From contig JAZGDW010000210.1 in NCBI GenBank assembly GCA_036478295.1, positions 1 to 25,652 on the forward strand: DNA of 25,652 nucleotides, in the 5' to 3' direction. The stretch is from Candidatus Krumholzibacteriia bacterium. Lineage in GTDB: Bacteria; Krumholzibacteriota; Krumholzibacteriia; WVZY01. Under the pieces are notes generated by a model. The model saw only the letters and a list, made by a program, of their open reading frames with translations, was not told where the DNA came from and did no database searches. This document shows, in pieces, positions 7,664-18,080 of the stretch. The position numbers were made by a program, and so were the translations under genes. Each line of letters opens with the position of its first letter. Positions within the stretch are counted from its first letter, which is position 1.

Positions 7664-10210
7664 TCAGTACTGCGATCGCAGGCGGTCGTGCAGTTTCTTG
7701 AGTTCCGCCACGCACTGCTCGTAACCGGGTAGCTCGCTAATAGTCACGCCCTTAGGGCCAAACATAATCCTGTTTCCCTCTACAGCAAACATATTATCGC
7801 TGCCCTTCTGCGCGGCGATCTTCAGCAACTCGAACGCTCGTTCGGGTTGGTCCACATAGAAGTGTGACATCGCTACAAAAAACAACTCTTCACCCTGGAA
7901 TGGCTCGCTCAAAAGTCTCATTTCCTCCTGCCAGAGCTTTTCTCTGTCTCCAGACACGCCATACATGGCAGCGAGCCCCGCACGCATCCGGAAATTGTCC
8001 GGGTACGCAGCCAGACTCTTTCTCAAGTTTTCAATTTCCTTCGCATACGCTTCCCTTGCTTTTTCCTTCTCGCCAATGGAGTCGTACAAGTGGCCAAGGT
8101 GTGCCGTGGCCACTTCGCCCCCTGGCAGCTCTAGCGCTCGCTCGTAGTGGACCCGTGCCGCATCGAGGTCCCCCAGGTGATGGTATGAATCCCCCACCCA
8201 TCTGTGAATTTCTCCGTCCTCACCGAATTTTGTAAAGAATTCCTCTCCGGTCTCGAGGGTCTTTTCGTGTTGATTTGCCCAATTGTGCGCCATCACAAGA
8301 AACCAGTGGGCCCCACGGTTGGCCGGGTCGCGCTCGATAATCCTCTCCAACAGCACGACCGCTTTGTCTGGTTGCCCACCCATGAAATAGGCCTGTGCAC
8401 GAACAAACAGAGCCTCGATATCATCCCGTCCTTCGAGAACCGATGCGTGACCCTGTTTCAGAACTTCCTCACTCTGACCCTTCTCCCAGTAGACCCGTAC
8501 CAATCCCGCACGTGCATTCGTGGACTTCGAATCCGATTCGAGCGCACGCCGGTAATTCGCCTCGGCGATTTCCAGGTTTTTGGCACCACCTTCCCATCCA
8601 TAATAGAACCGGTTTGAATGGATGGCGCCAATACCAACGTAGGCTTCCGCCAGGTTTGGATCGAGCTGAATAGCCTTTTCGAAAAAAATCAACGCTCGAG
8701 CGTCCGCGTCGTAGGTCTCCTCCTGCATGGCCAATGCGCCTTTGTAATAGTGCTCGAGGGCCGCTACGCTCTCTGCGGCGGGCCTGGCCAGTTCGACCTC
8801 TTCTTCTCCCGTGATCTTCCCTTTAAGACTCTGTGCTACCCCGGTTGCTATCTTACGCTGCACGGCGAAAAGATCATCGACCGATTCCTCGAACTCATCC
8901 GCCCAGTACTGCGTTTCCCTTTTCGCCTCGACGAGCGATATGGTCCCCTGGATGCGACCCCCAACAACCCTGAAAGAGCCTACGATCAGTGCATCGACGT
9001 GCAATTCGTCGGCAATCTCTCCGAGTGACACTGCTGCATCCGAATATCGTCGCGAGGTCCTCCAGGGCGTGATTCGCAGGTCGGGTATTCCTAGCTGCGT
9101 GAGCTTGGCTGTCAGCGTTTCGCTGATTGCCTGGGCAACCCAGTCGCTCTCGCTCGGCGATTGGCTGTCGTTGACCAGCGGCAGTACAGCGACGGACGCA
9201 AAGGGATGCGGGCTGCCAAAGTGCAACCCACCGGTTTTCCACAAGATGCCCATGACGAGCCCAAGAACCGCAGCCCAGATCAACCACCCCACGGGGCGCC
9301 GTGGAACCAACACCCCCGAAATCCGTGTGACCAGTTTGCGGCGCCTGCCTCTTTTACTCACCAGCGCGGCGGTTTCCGCATCCGTTTCCGGCCGCGGCGG
9401 CTCGCCCCGAAATTCCCGAAGTTCCGCCTCGAATTCCTGCGCCGTCTGGTAACGCTCCCCAGGATCTTTCGCCAGCGCCTTCAACACCATCCGGTCCAAT
9501 GCGGGATCGATTTCAGGATTGTGCTCGCTCGGCGGCCTCGCATCCTCGTTCACTGCAAGATAAGAAAGCGCCTCCTGTCGCTCAGCTTCGAACGGCAGTT
9601 TTCCGGTCAGCATCTCGTAGAGCACAACGCCCAACCCGTAGATATCTGAGCGATGATCCGATTGTTCACCCTTCAGTACCTCGGGGGCCAGGTACGCTGT
9701 CGTCCCCATGGCCACTCCCGTTCGGGTGAGCCGAGATGCTCCCTCCGGAAGCGCCAGGCCGAAATCTACGACCACTACGTGGCCGTCCTTGGTGGTCATG
9801 ATGTTGCGTGCGGTCACATCCCGGTGCAGCACTCCCCGGGAGTGTGCATGCCCCAGGGCCTCACACGCTTCGCGGCCAATACGGGTGGCTTCACTGAGCG
9901 GCATCGGCCCCTGCCTGATGCGGTCCGCCACCGTTTCACCGTCGACGAAGAGCATGGCAAGGTAGATCTGCCCATCCGCCTCACCGGCATCGTAAACGGT
10001 AGCAATCCCGGGGTGGTTCAGGGTGGAGGCAGAGCGCGCTTCGCGCAGCAGGCGGCGTCGGGCGTCCGCAGAGGAGGAGACGGATTCCGGAAGGAACTTG
10101 AGCGCGACGGTGCGCGCGAGCAGCGGGTCTTCGGCTTTCCACACCGTACCCATGCCGCCTTCACCGATCTTGGCGACAATTCTGTAGCGGCTTATTGTTC
10201 GACCGATCAT
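7664..10210 (-). CDS. Membrane Hanks-type protein kinase with TolB-N/FlgO-like and TPR domains (paralog K1, 848 aa)
   Basis: Start set at MIGRTI by analogy with the paralogs. Kinase motifs GEGGMGTV, VALK, REA, HRDVTARN, DFG, GTTAYLAPE and SDIYGLG. Then a basic stretch, TM helix WLIWAAVLGLVMGILW, SVAVLPL and TPR-like repeats. Confidence 0.92.
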   Translation of the reverse strand: MIGRTISRYRIVAKIGEGGMGTVWKAEDPLLARTVALKFLPESVSSSADARRRLLREARSASTLNHPGIATVYDAGEADGQIYLAMLFVDGETVADRIRQGPMPLSEATRIGREACEALGHAHSRGVLHRDVTARNIMTTKDGHVVVVDFGLALPEGASRLTRTGVAMGTTAYLAPEVLKGEQSDHRSDIYGLGVVLYEMLTGKLPFEAERQEALSYLAVNEDARPPSEHNPEIDPALDRMVLKALAKDPGERYQTAQEFEAELREFRGEPPRPETDAETAALVSKRGRRRKLVTRISGVLVPRRPVGWLIWAAVLGLVMGILWKTGGLHFGSPHPFASVAVLPLVNDSQSPSESDWVAQAISETLTAKLTQLGIPDLRITPWRTSRRYSDAAVSLGEIADELHVDALIVGSFRVVGGRIQGTISLVEAKRETQYWADEFEESVDDLFAVQRKIATGVAQSLKGKITGEEEVELARPAAESVAALEHYYKGALAMQEETYDADARALIFFEKAIQLDPNLAEAYVGIGAIHSNRFYYGWEGGAKNLEIAEANYRRALESDSKSTNARAGLVRVYWEKGQSEEVLKQGHASVLEGRDDIEALFVRAQAYFMGGQPDKAVVLLERIIERDPANRGAHWFLVMAHNWANQHEKTLETGEEFFTKFGEDGEIHRWVGDSYHHLGDLDAARVHYERALELPGGEVATAHLGHLYDSIGEKEKAREAYAKEIENLRKSLAAYPDNFRMRAGLAAMYGVSGDREKLWQEEMRLLSEPFQGEELFFVAMSHFYVDQPERAFELLKIAAQKGSDNMFAVEGNRIMFGPKGVTISELPGYEQCVAELKKLHDRLRSQY

Positions 10211-10293
10211 AGCTCTCGTAGGCCATACCAAGGGTTGCACTGATTACTAAGAGCGGGATACAATTAAGGCGGCGCGATATTCCGCTCCCCACG

Positions 10294-12804
10294 CTAGTAC
10301 TGCGACCGCAGGCGGTTATTGAGCTTCTCGAGTACCTTCACGCAATCCTCGTATCCGGGTGCTTCACGAAGCGCGTCGTCCCAGAGCACGTTCATCAAAT
10401 GGGACAAATTATCCGCCCCGGTTCCGGAAGCTATCTTAAGCAACTCGAAGGCTCTATTCGATTCGCCTAGATGAGCGTACGCGATTGCTACATTAAAAAG
10501 CTCCTCACTCACATCTGATCTGTCCAGAATCCGGGTCTCCGTCCGCTGCAGCATCTCTTTGTCTCCGAGAAACCCGTATGTCGCCGCCAGCATCGCCTCG
10601 ACCCTGAAGTTGTCCGGATACGCTGCCAGGCTTTCCTCCAGACGACGGACTTGCCTCGCAAAGATTTCTCTCGCTTTTGCCTCTTCTCCTGTCTGCCCGT
10701 AAAGGGTTCCCAAATGCATACTTAAGTACCAATCATAGTACGAAGATTCACTCTCCGTCGCAAGATGCAAGGACCGTTCGCAATGGATCAGCGCCGCTTC
10801 CAAATCTCCGACTGCATGATACGAGTCCCCGGCGAGCATGTGGATTGTTGCATCCTCGCCGAACTTCACAAAAAATTCCTCGCCGGTAGCAAGAGCATCC
10901 TCATGGTGGCCGGCAAAGGTCTGGGCCCAGCAGAGAAACCAGTGGGCGCCAAGGTTCGCCGGGTCGAGCGCGATGATCCTTTTGAACAACGGGATCGCCC
11001 TGTCGGATTGCCCAGCCAAATGATATGCCTGCCCACGGGCGAACAGGCCCTCTATGTCGTCAGGATCCTGAGACACGGCCTGGCCCTGTTTCAGGCATTC
11101 CTCGCTCATCCCTCGTGCCCAGTAAACATGTGTCAGCCCGGCTCTTGCGTTCGCTGAACTCGGATCCAGTTCGAGCGCACGGCGAAAGTTAGCTTCTGCG
11201 CTGTCGAGGCTCTTCGCGCCGCCCTCCCAACCGTTACCGAAACGATCCGAGTGGATGGCGCCAATGCCGACGTACGCCTCTGAGAGCGCCGGGTCGGTCT
11301 GCACCGCCTTCTCAAACAATGTCAATGCACGGTTGTTGGCCTCCCGTGTGCTCGCCTGCATCTCGAGCGACCCTTTCATATAGTATTCGTATGCAGCCAC
11401 ACTCGCGGCGGCCGGCGCTTTGAGCTGTTTCTCCTCGGCCCCTGACAATTTCCCCTTCAAACTCGCCGCCACCCCGACGGCAATCCGGCCCTGCGCAGCG
11501 AACAAATCGCCGACCGGTTCCTCGAAATCATCCGCCCACGATTGCATCCCACTCTTCGCTTCAACGAGCGAAATTGTTATCTGTATCCGGTCGCCGACTC
11601 GCCGCACAGATCCCGTGACGAGAGCATCGGCATGCAGCTCCCTTGCAATCTCCTGCAACGGTCGGGAAGGATCCGAGAACCGGCTGGAGGTCCTCCACGG
11701 GATAATTTTCAGACCGGGTAACTGGGTCAACTGTGTGGCCAGGCGCTCGCTGATCCCCTCGGCGAGCCAATCGCTTTCGCTGGCAAACTCGCTGTAGTTC
11801 AAGAGCGGGAGTACCGCGATCGACTTGAGCCCCTGCGAACCACCGAACGGGAACGTTCCGGTTCTCCACAGCACACCGGCGACGGCGAGGATAGTCACCC
11901 CCAGGATTACCCACGACAGGGGACGCAGCTTCTTTTTTCTCCGCTGCCGCAAGACGGCGGCCTGGAGTGCCTCATCCGTATCGACCCGCGGTGGCTCCCC
12001 CCGAAACACACGCAGCGCCGCTTCGAACTCCTGCGCCGATTGGAAACGCTCTTCCGGGTCCTTCGCCATCGCCTTGAGGACGATGCGGTCCAACTCGGTA
12101 TCTATTTCGTCACTGTGAGCGCTTGGGGCTTTGGCATCCTCGTGCACCGCCAGGTAAGAGAGCGCCTCCTGACGCTCGGCTAAAAAGGGGAGCTTCCCGG
12201 TCAGCATTTCATAGAGCACGACGCCCAGCCCGTAAATGTCCGAGCGTTGATCCGACTTTTCTCCTCGCAAGACTTCGGGCGCCAGGTAGGCTGTCGTTCC
12301 GACCGCGACACCGGACCGCGTCAGCCGGGACGCCCCTTCGGGCAGGGCCAAACCGAAATCCACGATCACGACGTGGCCGTCTGCAGCGGTCATTATGTTG
12401 CGCGACGTCACATCACGGTGCAGGACACCACCCACGTGCGCGTGCCCGAGGGCCTCGCACGCTTCACGCGCGATCCGCGTGGCCTCGCTGATCGGTAGCG
12501 GCCCCTGTGCGATGCGGCTCGCCACCGTATCACCGTCCACAAACAGCATCGCGATATAGACCCGATCGTCCGCCTCACCGGCGTCGTACACCGTTGCGAT
12601 ACCGGAGTGGTTCAGGGCCGAGGCCGCCCGTGCCTCACGCAGCAAGCGCTTGCGCGCGGAGGCGGAGGCGGAAAGGGATTCTGGTAGAAATTTAAGGGCA
12701 ATCGTTCGATCGAGCAGTGGGTCCTCGGCTTTCCACACCGTGCCCATGCCGCCCTCGCCGATCTTCTCGACGATCTTGTAACGATTGATAGTCCGACCGA
12801 TCAT
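10294..12804 (-). CDS. Membrane Hanks-type protein kinase with TolB-like and TPR domains (K2, 836 aa)
   Basis: Same architecture as K1. Catalytic loop HRDVTSRN, TM WVILGVTILAVAGVLW, SIAVLPL. Start MIGRTI at 12804. Confidence 0.92.
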   Translation of the reverse strand: MIGRTINRYKIVEKIGEGGMGTVWKAEDPLLDRTIALKFLPESLSASASARKRLLREARAASALNHSGIATVYDAGEADDRVYIAMLFVDGDTVASRIAQGPLPISEATRIAREACEALGHAHVGGVLHRDVTSRNIMTAADGHVVIVDFGLALPEGASRLTRSGVAVGTTAYLAPEVLRGEKSDQRSDIYGLGVVLYEMLTGKLPFLAERQEALSYLAVHEDAKAPSAHSDEIDTELDRIVLKAMAKDPEERFQSAQEFEAALRVFRGEPPRVDTDEALQAAVLRQRRKKKLRPLSWVILGVTILAVAGVLWRTGTFPFGGSQGLKSIAVLPLLNYSEFASESDWLAEGISERLATQLTQLPGLKIIPWRTSSRFSDPSRPLQEIARELHADALVTGSVRRVGDRIQITISLVEAKSGMQSWADDFEEPVGDLFAAQGRIAVGVAASLKGKLSGAEEKQLKAPAAASVAAYEYYMKGSLEMQASTREANNRALTLFEKAVQTDPALSEAYVGIGAIHSDRFGNGWEGGAKSLDSAEANFRRALELDPSSANARAGLTHVYWARGMSEECLKQGQAVSQDPDDIEGLFARGQAYHLAGQSDRAIPLFKRIIALDPANLGAHWFLCWAQTFAGHHEDALATGEEFFVKFGEDATIHMLAGDSYHAVGDLEAALIHCERSLHLATESESSYYDWYLSMHLGTLYGQTGEEAKAREIFARQVRRLEESLAAYPDNFRVEAMLAATYGFLGDKEMLQRTETRILDRSDVSEELFNVAIAYAHLGESNRAFELLKIASGTGADNLSHLMNVLWDDALREAPGYEDCVKVLEKLNNRLRSQY

Positions 12805-12880
12805 TCTTTTCTTCCGGAAAGTGGGCGATGAAAACAATCAAACAAACGGGAGCTCTTGGGCGCAGGTTCCAGGACGGGAG
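12805..12880. repeat. Conserved 76-bp intergenic unit, copy A (second copy at 15395-15470)
   Basis: Both copies share TCTTCCG.AAAGTGGGCGATGAAAAC.ATC.AACAAACGGGAGCT.TTGGG...ACGGGAG. GTGGGCGAT also occurs in the 18003-18080 spacer. Confidence 0.85.
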
Positions 12881-15394
12881 CTAGTACTCCGCCCGAAGCC
12901 GGTCGTTCAGTTTTCTTAACTCCTTCATACAGTCCTCGTAACCCGGTTGCTGCTTGATGTCGACAGGGCCGTCGATCCATAAATCAGGGTGAGCGACCAT
13001 CCACAAACTGTCCTCCCCCTTTTGCGCAGCCAGTCTGAGCAATTCGAATGTTCTCTCCGGTTCGTTGACCACCAGGTGCGCCAGTGCTACTTCGGCCCCT
13101 ACCGTTTCTGTCAGATCGAGCAGCTTCTGCTCTTCCTGCCACATAAGTTCCTTGTTTCCCAGCCCAGCATACGCCACGATCAGCCGGTTGCGCATTCCGA
13201 AGTTGTCGGGGTGCAATTCTAATCTCTTTCGTGCCGTTTCGATCTCGTTCAGGAAAAGCTCCCTCGCTTTTTCTTTAGCCCCAATCTTGACATATACGTG
13301 GGCCAAGAAACCACCGCCTCTCTCGCCGGAAAGACTAAGAGATCGTTCGTGGTGAACTCGAGCGGCATCCAGGTCTCCCAGTTGCTCGTAGCAGGCTCCC
13401 ACCCAGTTGTGGATCTCGGCGTCCTCACCAAATTTCTCAAAAAACGTTTCGCCCGCTGTGACTCCTCGCTCGAATTGCCCGGCCCACGTGCGTGCAATGA
13501 CGAGAAACCAATGCGCGTCATCGTTCTCAGGATCCATTTCGATGATCCGTTCGTAAAGCGGCACTGCCCGATCGGGCTGGCCGCCCGAGAAGTAAGCGTC
13601 CGCCCGAACCAGGAGTCCCTCAATGTCCTCCCGACCCTCTAGGGCCACCGCCTTGCCCTGCTTCAGAGCCTCCTCGCCTCCGAAGACGCGGATCAGCCCT
13701 CTCCTGGCATCTGTGGATTCCGGGCGCAGCATAAGGGCGGTCCTGTAGTTTGCCTTGGCTGTTTCCAGACTCTCGAGACCTCCCCAACCATAGAAATTGC
13801 GATCCGTGTGTATGGCACCGATGCCAACGTAGGCCGGCGCGAGTTTCGGATCGAGTTCCACCGCTTTTTCAAAAAACGCCAGGGCGCGGTTGCTTGCTTC
13901 CTCATTTTCCTCCTGCATGGCGTCTGCGCCTTTCAGATAGTACTTGTAGGCTTCCCAGTTCTCGGCCGGCGGCTTGGCCATTTCGGCTTCCTCGCTGCCC
14001 GAGAGGTTGCCCTTGATACTGTTCGCCAGCCCCAGCGCGATCTTGGTCTGGACGGCGAACAGGTCTTCGACCGCCTCTTCGAACTCACCGGCCCAGTACT
14101 GCGACTGGCCACTGGCATCCACCAGCGAGACACTGCCCCGAACCCGATCACCAAGCTGCCGCATGCTGCCTACAATGAGCGCATCTACACGCAACGCTTT
14201 GGCAATCTCCGGAATCGACATGGAGGCGTCCGAGAATCGCCGCGATGTCTGCCACGGTATGACCCGCAAGTCCGAGAGCTCGGTTAGTTTGATGACCAGC
14301 GTTTGGCTGATTCCTGTCGCGAGCCAGGCGTTTTCTCCCGGCGAGTCGCTTTCGTTTACGAGTGGAAGCACGGCGACTGACGCAAACCGCTGCGAACCGC
14401 CGAATCTCAGGACGCCGGTTTTCCACAGAGCGCCTGCCGCTGCGACCAGGATCAGCGTAAGAACCAGCCACGACACGGGACGTTGCGGGACCAATAACCG
14501 GGAAACCTGGGTAACCAGCTTGTGGCGCCTGCTCCGGGCGCCCACCCGCGCGGCGGTTTCTTCCTCCAGCTCTGCCCTGGCCGGCTCGCCCCGGAATGCT
14601 CGCAGATCGGCCTCGAACTCGCCTGCGGTTTGATAGCGCTCCTCCGGGTCCTTGGCGAGAGTCTTCAACACCATCCGGTCCAACCCCGGATCGATCCCGG
14701 CATTGTGCTCGCTCGGTGGCTTCGCATCCTCGTGCACCGCCAGGTAAGAGAGCGCTTCCTGCCGCTCGGCCTCAAACGGAAGTCGCCCGGTCAGCATCTC
14801 GTATAGAACGACTCCCAGACCATAAATGTCCGAGCGCTGATCCGACTTCTCTCCTCTCAACACTTCGGGCGCCAGGTAGGCTGTCGTTCCAACTGCTACA
14901 CCGGACCGCGTCAGCCGCGATGCCCCCTCCGGCAGTGCGAGCCCGAAATCCACCACCACCACATGACCGTCTTCCGCCGTCATGATGTTGCGAGCGGTAA
15001 TATCCCGGTGCAGAACGCCCTGTGAATGCGCATGCCCCAGGGCTTCACAGGATTCGCGGGCGATACGGGTGGCTTCGCTTATCCGCACCGGCCCCTGGGC
15101 AATACGCTCGGCTACCGTCGCGCCATCGACAAAGAGCATGGCGATATAAACCTGCCCGTCCTCCTCACCGGCATCATAGACAGTGGCGATCCCCGGGTGG
15201 TTCAGGGCGGAGGCCGAGCGGGCTTCACGCAGCAGGCGGCGGCGTGCATCGGCCGAGGTGGAGAGGGATTCGGGGAGGAATTTGAGGGCGATCGTGCGCT
15301 CAAGCAGCGGGTCTTCGGCTTTCCACACCGTGCCCATGCCGCCCTCGCCGATCTTCTCGACGATCTTGTAACGATTGATAGTGCGACCGATCAT
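12881..15394 (-). CDS. Membrane Hanks-type protein kinase with TolB-like and TPR domains (K3, 837 aa)
   Basis: Same architecture. HRDITARN, TM WLVLTLILVAAAGALW. Body very similar to K4. Confidence 0.92.
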   Translation of the reverse strand: MIGRTINRYKIVEKIGEGGMGTVWKAEDPLLERTIALKFLPESLSTSADARRRLLREARSASALNHPGIATVYDAGEEDGQVYIAMLFVDGATVAERIAQGPVRISEATRIARESCEALGHAHSQGVLHRDITARNIMTAEDGHVVVVDFGLALPEGASRLTRSGVAVGTTAYLAPEVLRGEKSDQRSDIYGLGVVLYEMLTGRLPFEAERQEALSYLAVHEDAKPPSEHNAGIDPGLDRMVLKTLAKDPEERYQTAGEFEADLRAFRGEPARAELEEETAARVGARSRRHKLVTQVSRLLVPQRPVSWLVLTLILVAAAGALWKTGVLRFGGSQRFASVAVLPLVNESDSPGENAWLATGISQTLVIKLTELSDLRVIPWQTSRRFSDASMSIPEIAKALRVDALIVGSMRQLGDRVRGSVSLVDASGQSQYWAGEFEEAVEDLFAVQTKIALGLANSIKGNLSGSEEAEMAKPPAENWEAYKYYLKGADAMQEENEEASNRALAFFEKAVELDPKLAPAYVGIGAIHTDRNFYGWGGLESLETAKANYRTALMLRPESTDARRGLIRVFGGEEALKQGKAVALEGREDIEGLLVRADAYFSGGQPDRAVPLYERIIEMDPENDDAHWFLVIARTWAGQFERGVTAGETFFEKFGEDAEIHNWVGACYEQLGDLDAARVHHERSLSLSGERGGGFLAHVYVKIGAKEKARELFLNEIETARKRLELHPDNFGMRNRLIVAYAGLGNKELMWQEEQKLLDLTETVGAEVALAHLVVNEPERTFELLRLAAQKGEDSLWMVAHPDLWIDGPVDIKQQPGYEDCMKELRKLNDRLRAEY

Positions 15395-15470
15395 GGTCTT
15401 CTTCCGTAAAGTGGGCGATGAAAACGATCCAACAAACGGGAGCTTTTGGGACCCGGCCCCAAAACGGGAG
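15395..15470. repeat. Conserved 76-bp intergenic unit, copy B, with small hairpin
   Basis: Homologous to 12805-12880. Stem TTTTGGG (15444-15450) / CCCAAAA (15458-15464). AAACGGGAGCT occurs twice. Confidence 0.85.
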
Positions 15471-18002
15471 CTAGTACTGCGCCCGGAGCCGGTCGTTCAG
15501 TTTTTTCAGCTCCTTCATACAGTCCTCGTAACCCGGTTGCTGCTCGATGTCGACGGGATTGGCACCACCCCATGGACCAAGATGCGCGACTGCAAAGAGA
15601 TTGTCCGTCCCTTTTTGTGCGGCGAGCCCGAGCAATTCGAAGGCTCTCTCCGCTTCGTCGATTTCCAGGTGCGCCAGGGCTACTTCACCCAACGGGCCTG
15701 TCTCGGTCAAATCGAGCAGCTTCTGCTCCTCACGCCACAGCATTTCGTGGTCCCTCAGCCGCGCGTACGATAGAATCAGCCGCGTGAGCATTCTGAAGTT
15801 GTCCGGGTGCAGTTCTAGTTTCTTTCGGGTGGTTTCGATCTTGTCCAGCAAGACCTTTCTCGCTTTTTCTTCAGCTCCAATCTTGATATATAGAGAGGCC
15901 AGAAAAAGGCCACCCCGCTCGCCGGAAAAAACGAGAGACCGTTCGGCATGAATTCGAGCGGCATCGAGGTCGCCCATTCGCTCGTAGCACACTCCTACCC
16001 AGTTGTGGATCTCGGCTTCCTCACCAAATTTCTCAAAAAACGCTTCACCCGCTGTGATCCCCCGCTCGAATTGCCCGGCCCACGTGTGCGCAATGACGAG
16101 AAACCAGTGGGCTGCACGGTTCTCGGGATCCATGTCGATGATCCGTTCGTAAAACGGAATGGCTCGATCGGGTTGACCGCTCATGAAGTAAGCGTCCGCC
16201 CGAACCAGGAGTCCCTCAATGTCCTCCCGACCCTCGAGGGCGACCGCCTTGCCCTGCTTCAGAGATTCCTCGTCCAGGCCCTTTTCCCAGAACACGCGGA
16301 TCAGCCCTCTCCTGGCATCGGTGGATCCCGGGCTCAGCATAAGGGCGGTCCTGTAGTTTGCCTCGGCTGTTTCCAGACTCTCGAGACCGCCCCAACCATA
16401 GAAAAAGCGATCCGAGTGGATGGCGCCAATGCCAACGTAGGCGGGCGCCAGTTTCGGATCGCGCTCCACCGCTTTTTCGAAGAGCGCCAGGGCTTGGTTG
16501 CTCGTTTCCTCGCCTTCTATTTGTAGGGCCTTCGATCCCTTCAGATAGTATTCGTAGGCGTCCCAGTTTTCGGCCGGCGCCCTGGCCATTTCGGTCTCCT
16601 CGCTTCCCGAGAGGTTGCCCTTGATACTGTTCGCCAGTCCCAGCGCGATCTTGGTCTGGACGGCGAACATGTCTTCGACCAACTCTTCGAATTCATCCGC
16701 CCAGTACTGGGACTGGCCGCTCGCATCCACCAGTGAGACACTGCCCCGAACCCGATCCCCAAGCTGCCGCATGCTGCCCACAATTAGCGCATCTACGCGC
16801 AACGCTTTGGCAATTTCCGGAATCGACATGGAGGCGTCCGAGAATCCCTGTGATGTCCGCCACGGTATGACCCGCAAGTCCGAGAGCTGGGTCAGTTTGG
16901 TGACCAGCGTTTGGCTGATTCCTGTCGCGAGCCACGCGCTTTCTCCGGGCGAGTCGCTTTCGTTTACAAGTGGAAGAACGGCGACCGAAGCAAACCGCTG
17001 GGAACCGCCGAATCTCAGGACGCCGGTTTTCCACAGAGCGCCTGCCGCTGCGATCAGGATCAGCGTAAGAACCAGCCACGACATGGGGCGTTGCGGGACC
17101 AATACGCGGGAAACCTGGCTCACCAGCCTGCGGCGCCTGCTCCGGGCGCCCACCCGCGCGGCGGTTTCTTCCTCCATCTCTGCCCTCGGCGGCTCTCCCC
17201 GGAACGCCCGCAGGTCCGCCTCGAACTCACGCGCGGTTTGATAGCGTTCCTTCGGATCCTTCGCAAGCGCTTTCAACACCACCCGGTCGAGTTCCAGATC
17301 GATCCCGGCGTTGTGCTCGCTGGGGGCTTTGGCATCCTCGTGCACCGCCAGGTAAGAGAGCGCTTCCTGACGCTCCGCCTCAAACGGAAGTCGCCCGGTC
17401 AGCATTTCATATAGAACGACTCCCAGACCATAAATGTCCGAGCGCTGGTCCGACGCGTTGCCGGTCAGCACCTCGGGGGCAAGGTACGCCGTGGTTCCCA
17501 CCGCCAATCCCGAGCGGGTTAGCCGTGATGCGCCTTCGGGAAGCGCCAGCCCGAAATCCACCACGACCACATGGCCATCTTCTGCCGTCATGATGTTGCG
17601 AGCCGTGATATCCCGGTGCAGGACGCCTTGTGAATGCGCGTGCCCCAGGGCTTCGCAGGACTCTCGGGCAATGCGTGTGGCTTCGCTTATCGGCACCGGC
17701 CCCCGGGCGATGCGCTCGGCCACCGTTCCCCCATCGACAAAGAGCATGGCGAGATAGACCTGCCCGTCCTCCTCCCCGGCATCATAGACGGTGGCGATCC
17801 CCGGGTGGTTCAACGTGGAAGCCGAGCGGGCTTCACGCAGCAGGCGGCGGCGGGCATCGGCTGAGGTGGAGAGGGATTCGGGAAGGAACTTGAGGGCGAT
17901 GGTGCGCTCGAGCAGCGGATCCTCGGCCTTCCACACCGTACCCATGCCGCCTTCACCGATCTTGGCGACGATTTTGTAGCGGTTGACTGTGCGACCGATC
18001 AT
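15471..18002 (-). CDS. Membrane Hanks-type protein kinase with TolB-like and TPR domains (K4, 843 aa)
   Basis: Same architecture. HRDITARN, TM WLVLTLILIAAAGALW. Confidence 0.92.
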   Translation of the reverse strand: MIGRTVNRYKIVAKIGEGGMGTVWKAEDPLLERTIALKFLPESLSTSADARRRLLREARSASTLNHPGIATVYDAGEEDGQVYLAMLFVDGGTVAERIARGPVPISEATRIARESCEALGHAHSQGVLHRDITARNIMTAEDGHVVVVDFGLALPEGASRLTRSGLAVGTTAYLAPEVLTGNASDQRSDIYGLGVVLYEMLTGRLPFEAERQEALSYLAVHEDAKAPSEHNAGIDLELDRVVLKALAKDPKERYQTAREFEADLRAFRGEPPRAEMEEETAARVGARSRRRRLVSQVSRVLVPQRPMSWLVLTLILIAAAGALWKTGVLRFGGSQRFASVAVLPLVNESDSPGESAWLATGISQTLVTKLTQLSDLRVIPWRTSQGFSDASMSIPEIAKALRVDALIVGSMRQLGDRVRGSVSLVDASGQSQYWADEFEELVEDMFAVQTKIALGLANSIKGNLSGSEETEMARAPAENWDAYEYYLKGSKALQIEGEETSNQALALFEKAVERDPKLAPAYVGIGAIHSDRFFYGWGGLESLETAEANYRTALMLSPGSTDARRGLIRVFWEKGLDEESLKQGKAVALEGREDIEGLLVRADAYFMSGQPDRAIPFYERIIDMDPENRAAHWFLVIAHTWAGQFERGITAGEAFFEKFGEEAEIHNWVGVCYERMGDLDAARIHAERSLVFSGERGGLFLASLYIKIGAEEKARKVLLDKIETTRKKLELHPDNFRMLTRLILSYARLRDHEMLWREEQKLLDLTETGPLGEVALAHLEIDEAERAFELLGLAAQKGTDNLFAVAHLGPWGGANPVDIEQQPGYEDCMKELKKLNDRLRAQY

Positions 18003-18080
18003 AGAGTTTCCTTCGAGCGGGTGGGCGATACATCATTGTTCGAACATGTACAAGACTCCGGCAGCGCGGCCGACAAGCAC

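Noticed and set aside
10211..12837. ORF-track N-terminal extensions of K1 (10240) and K2 (12837), and likewise starts at 199 and 7481
   Set aside because: The paralogs all start at MIGRT, and SD sequences support ATG 256 and ATG 7442.
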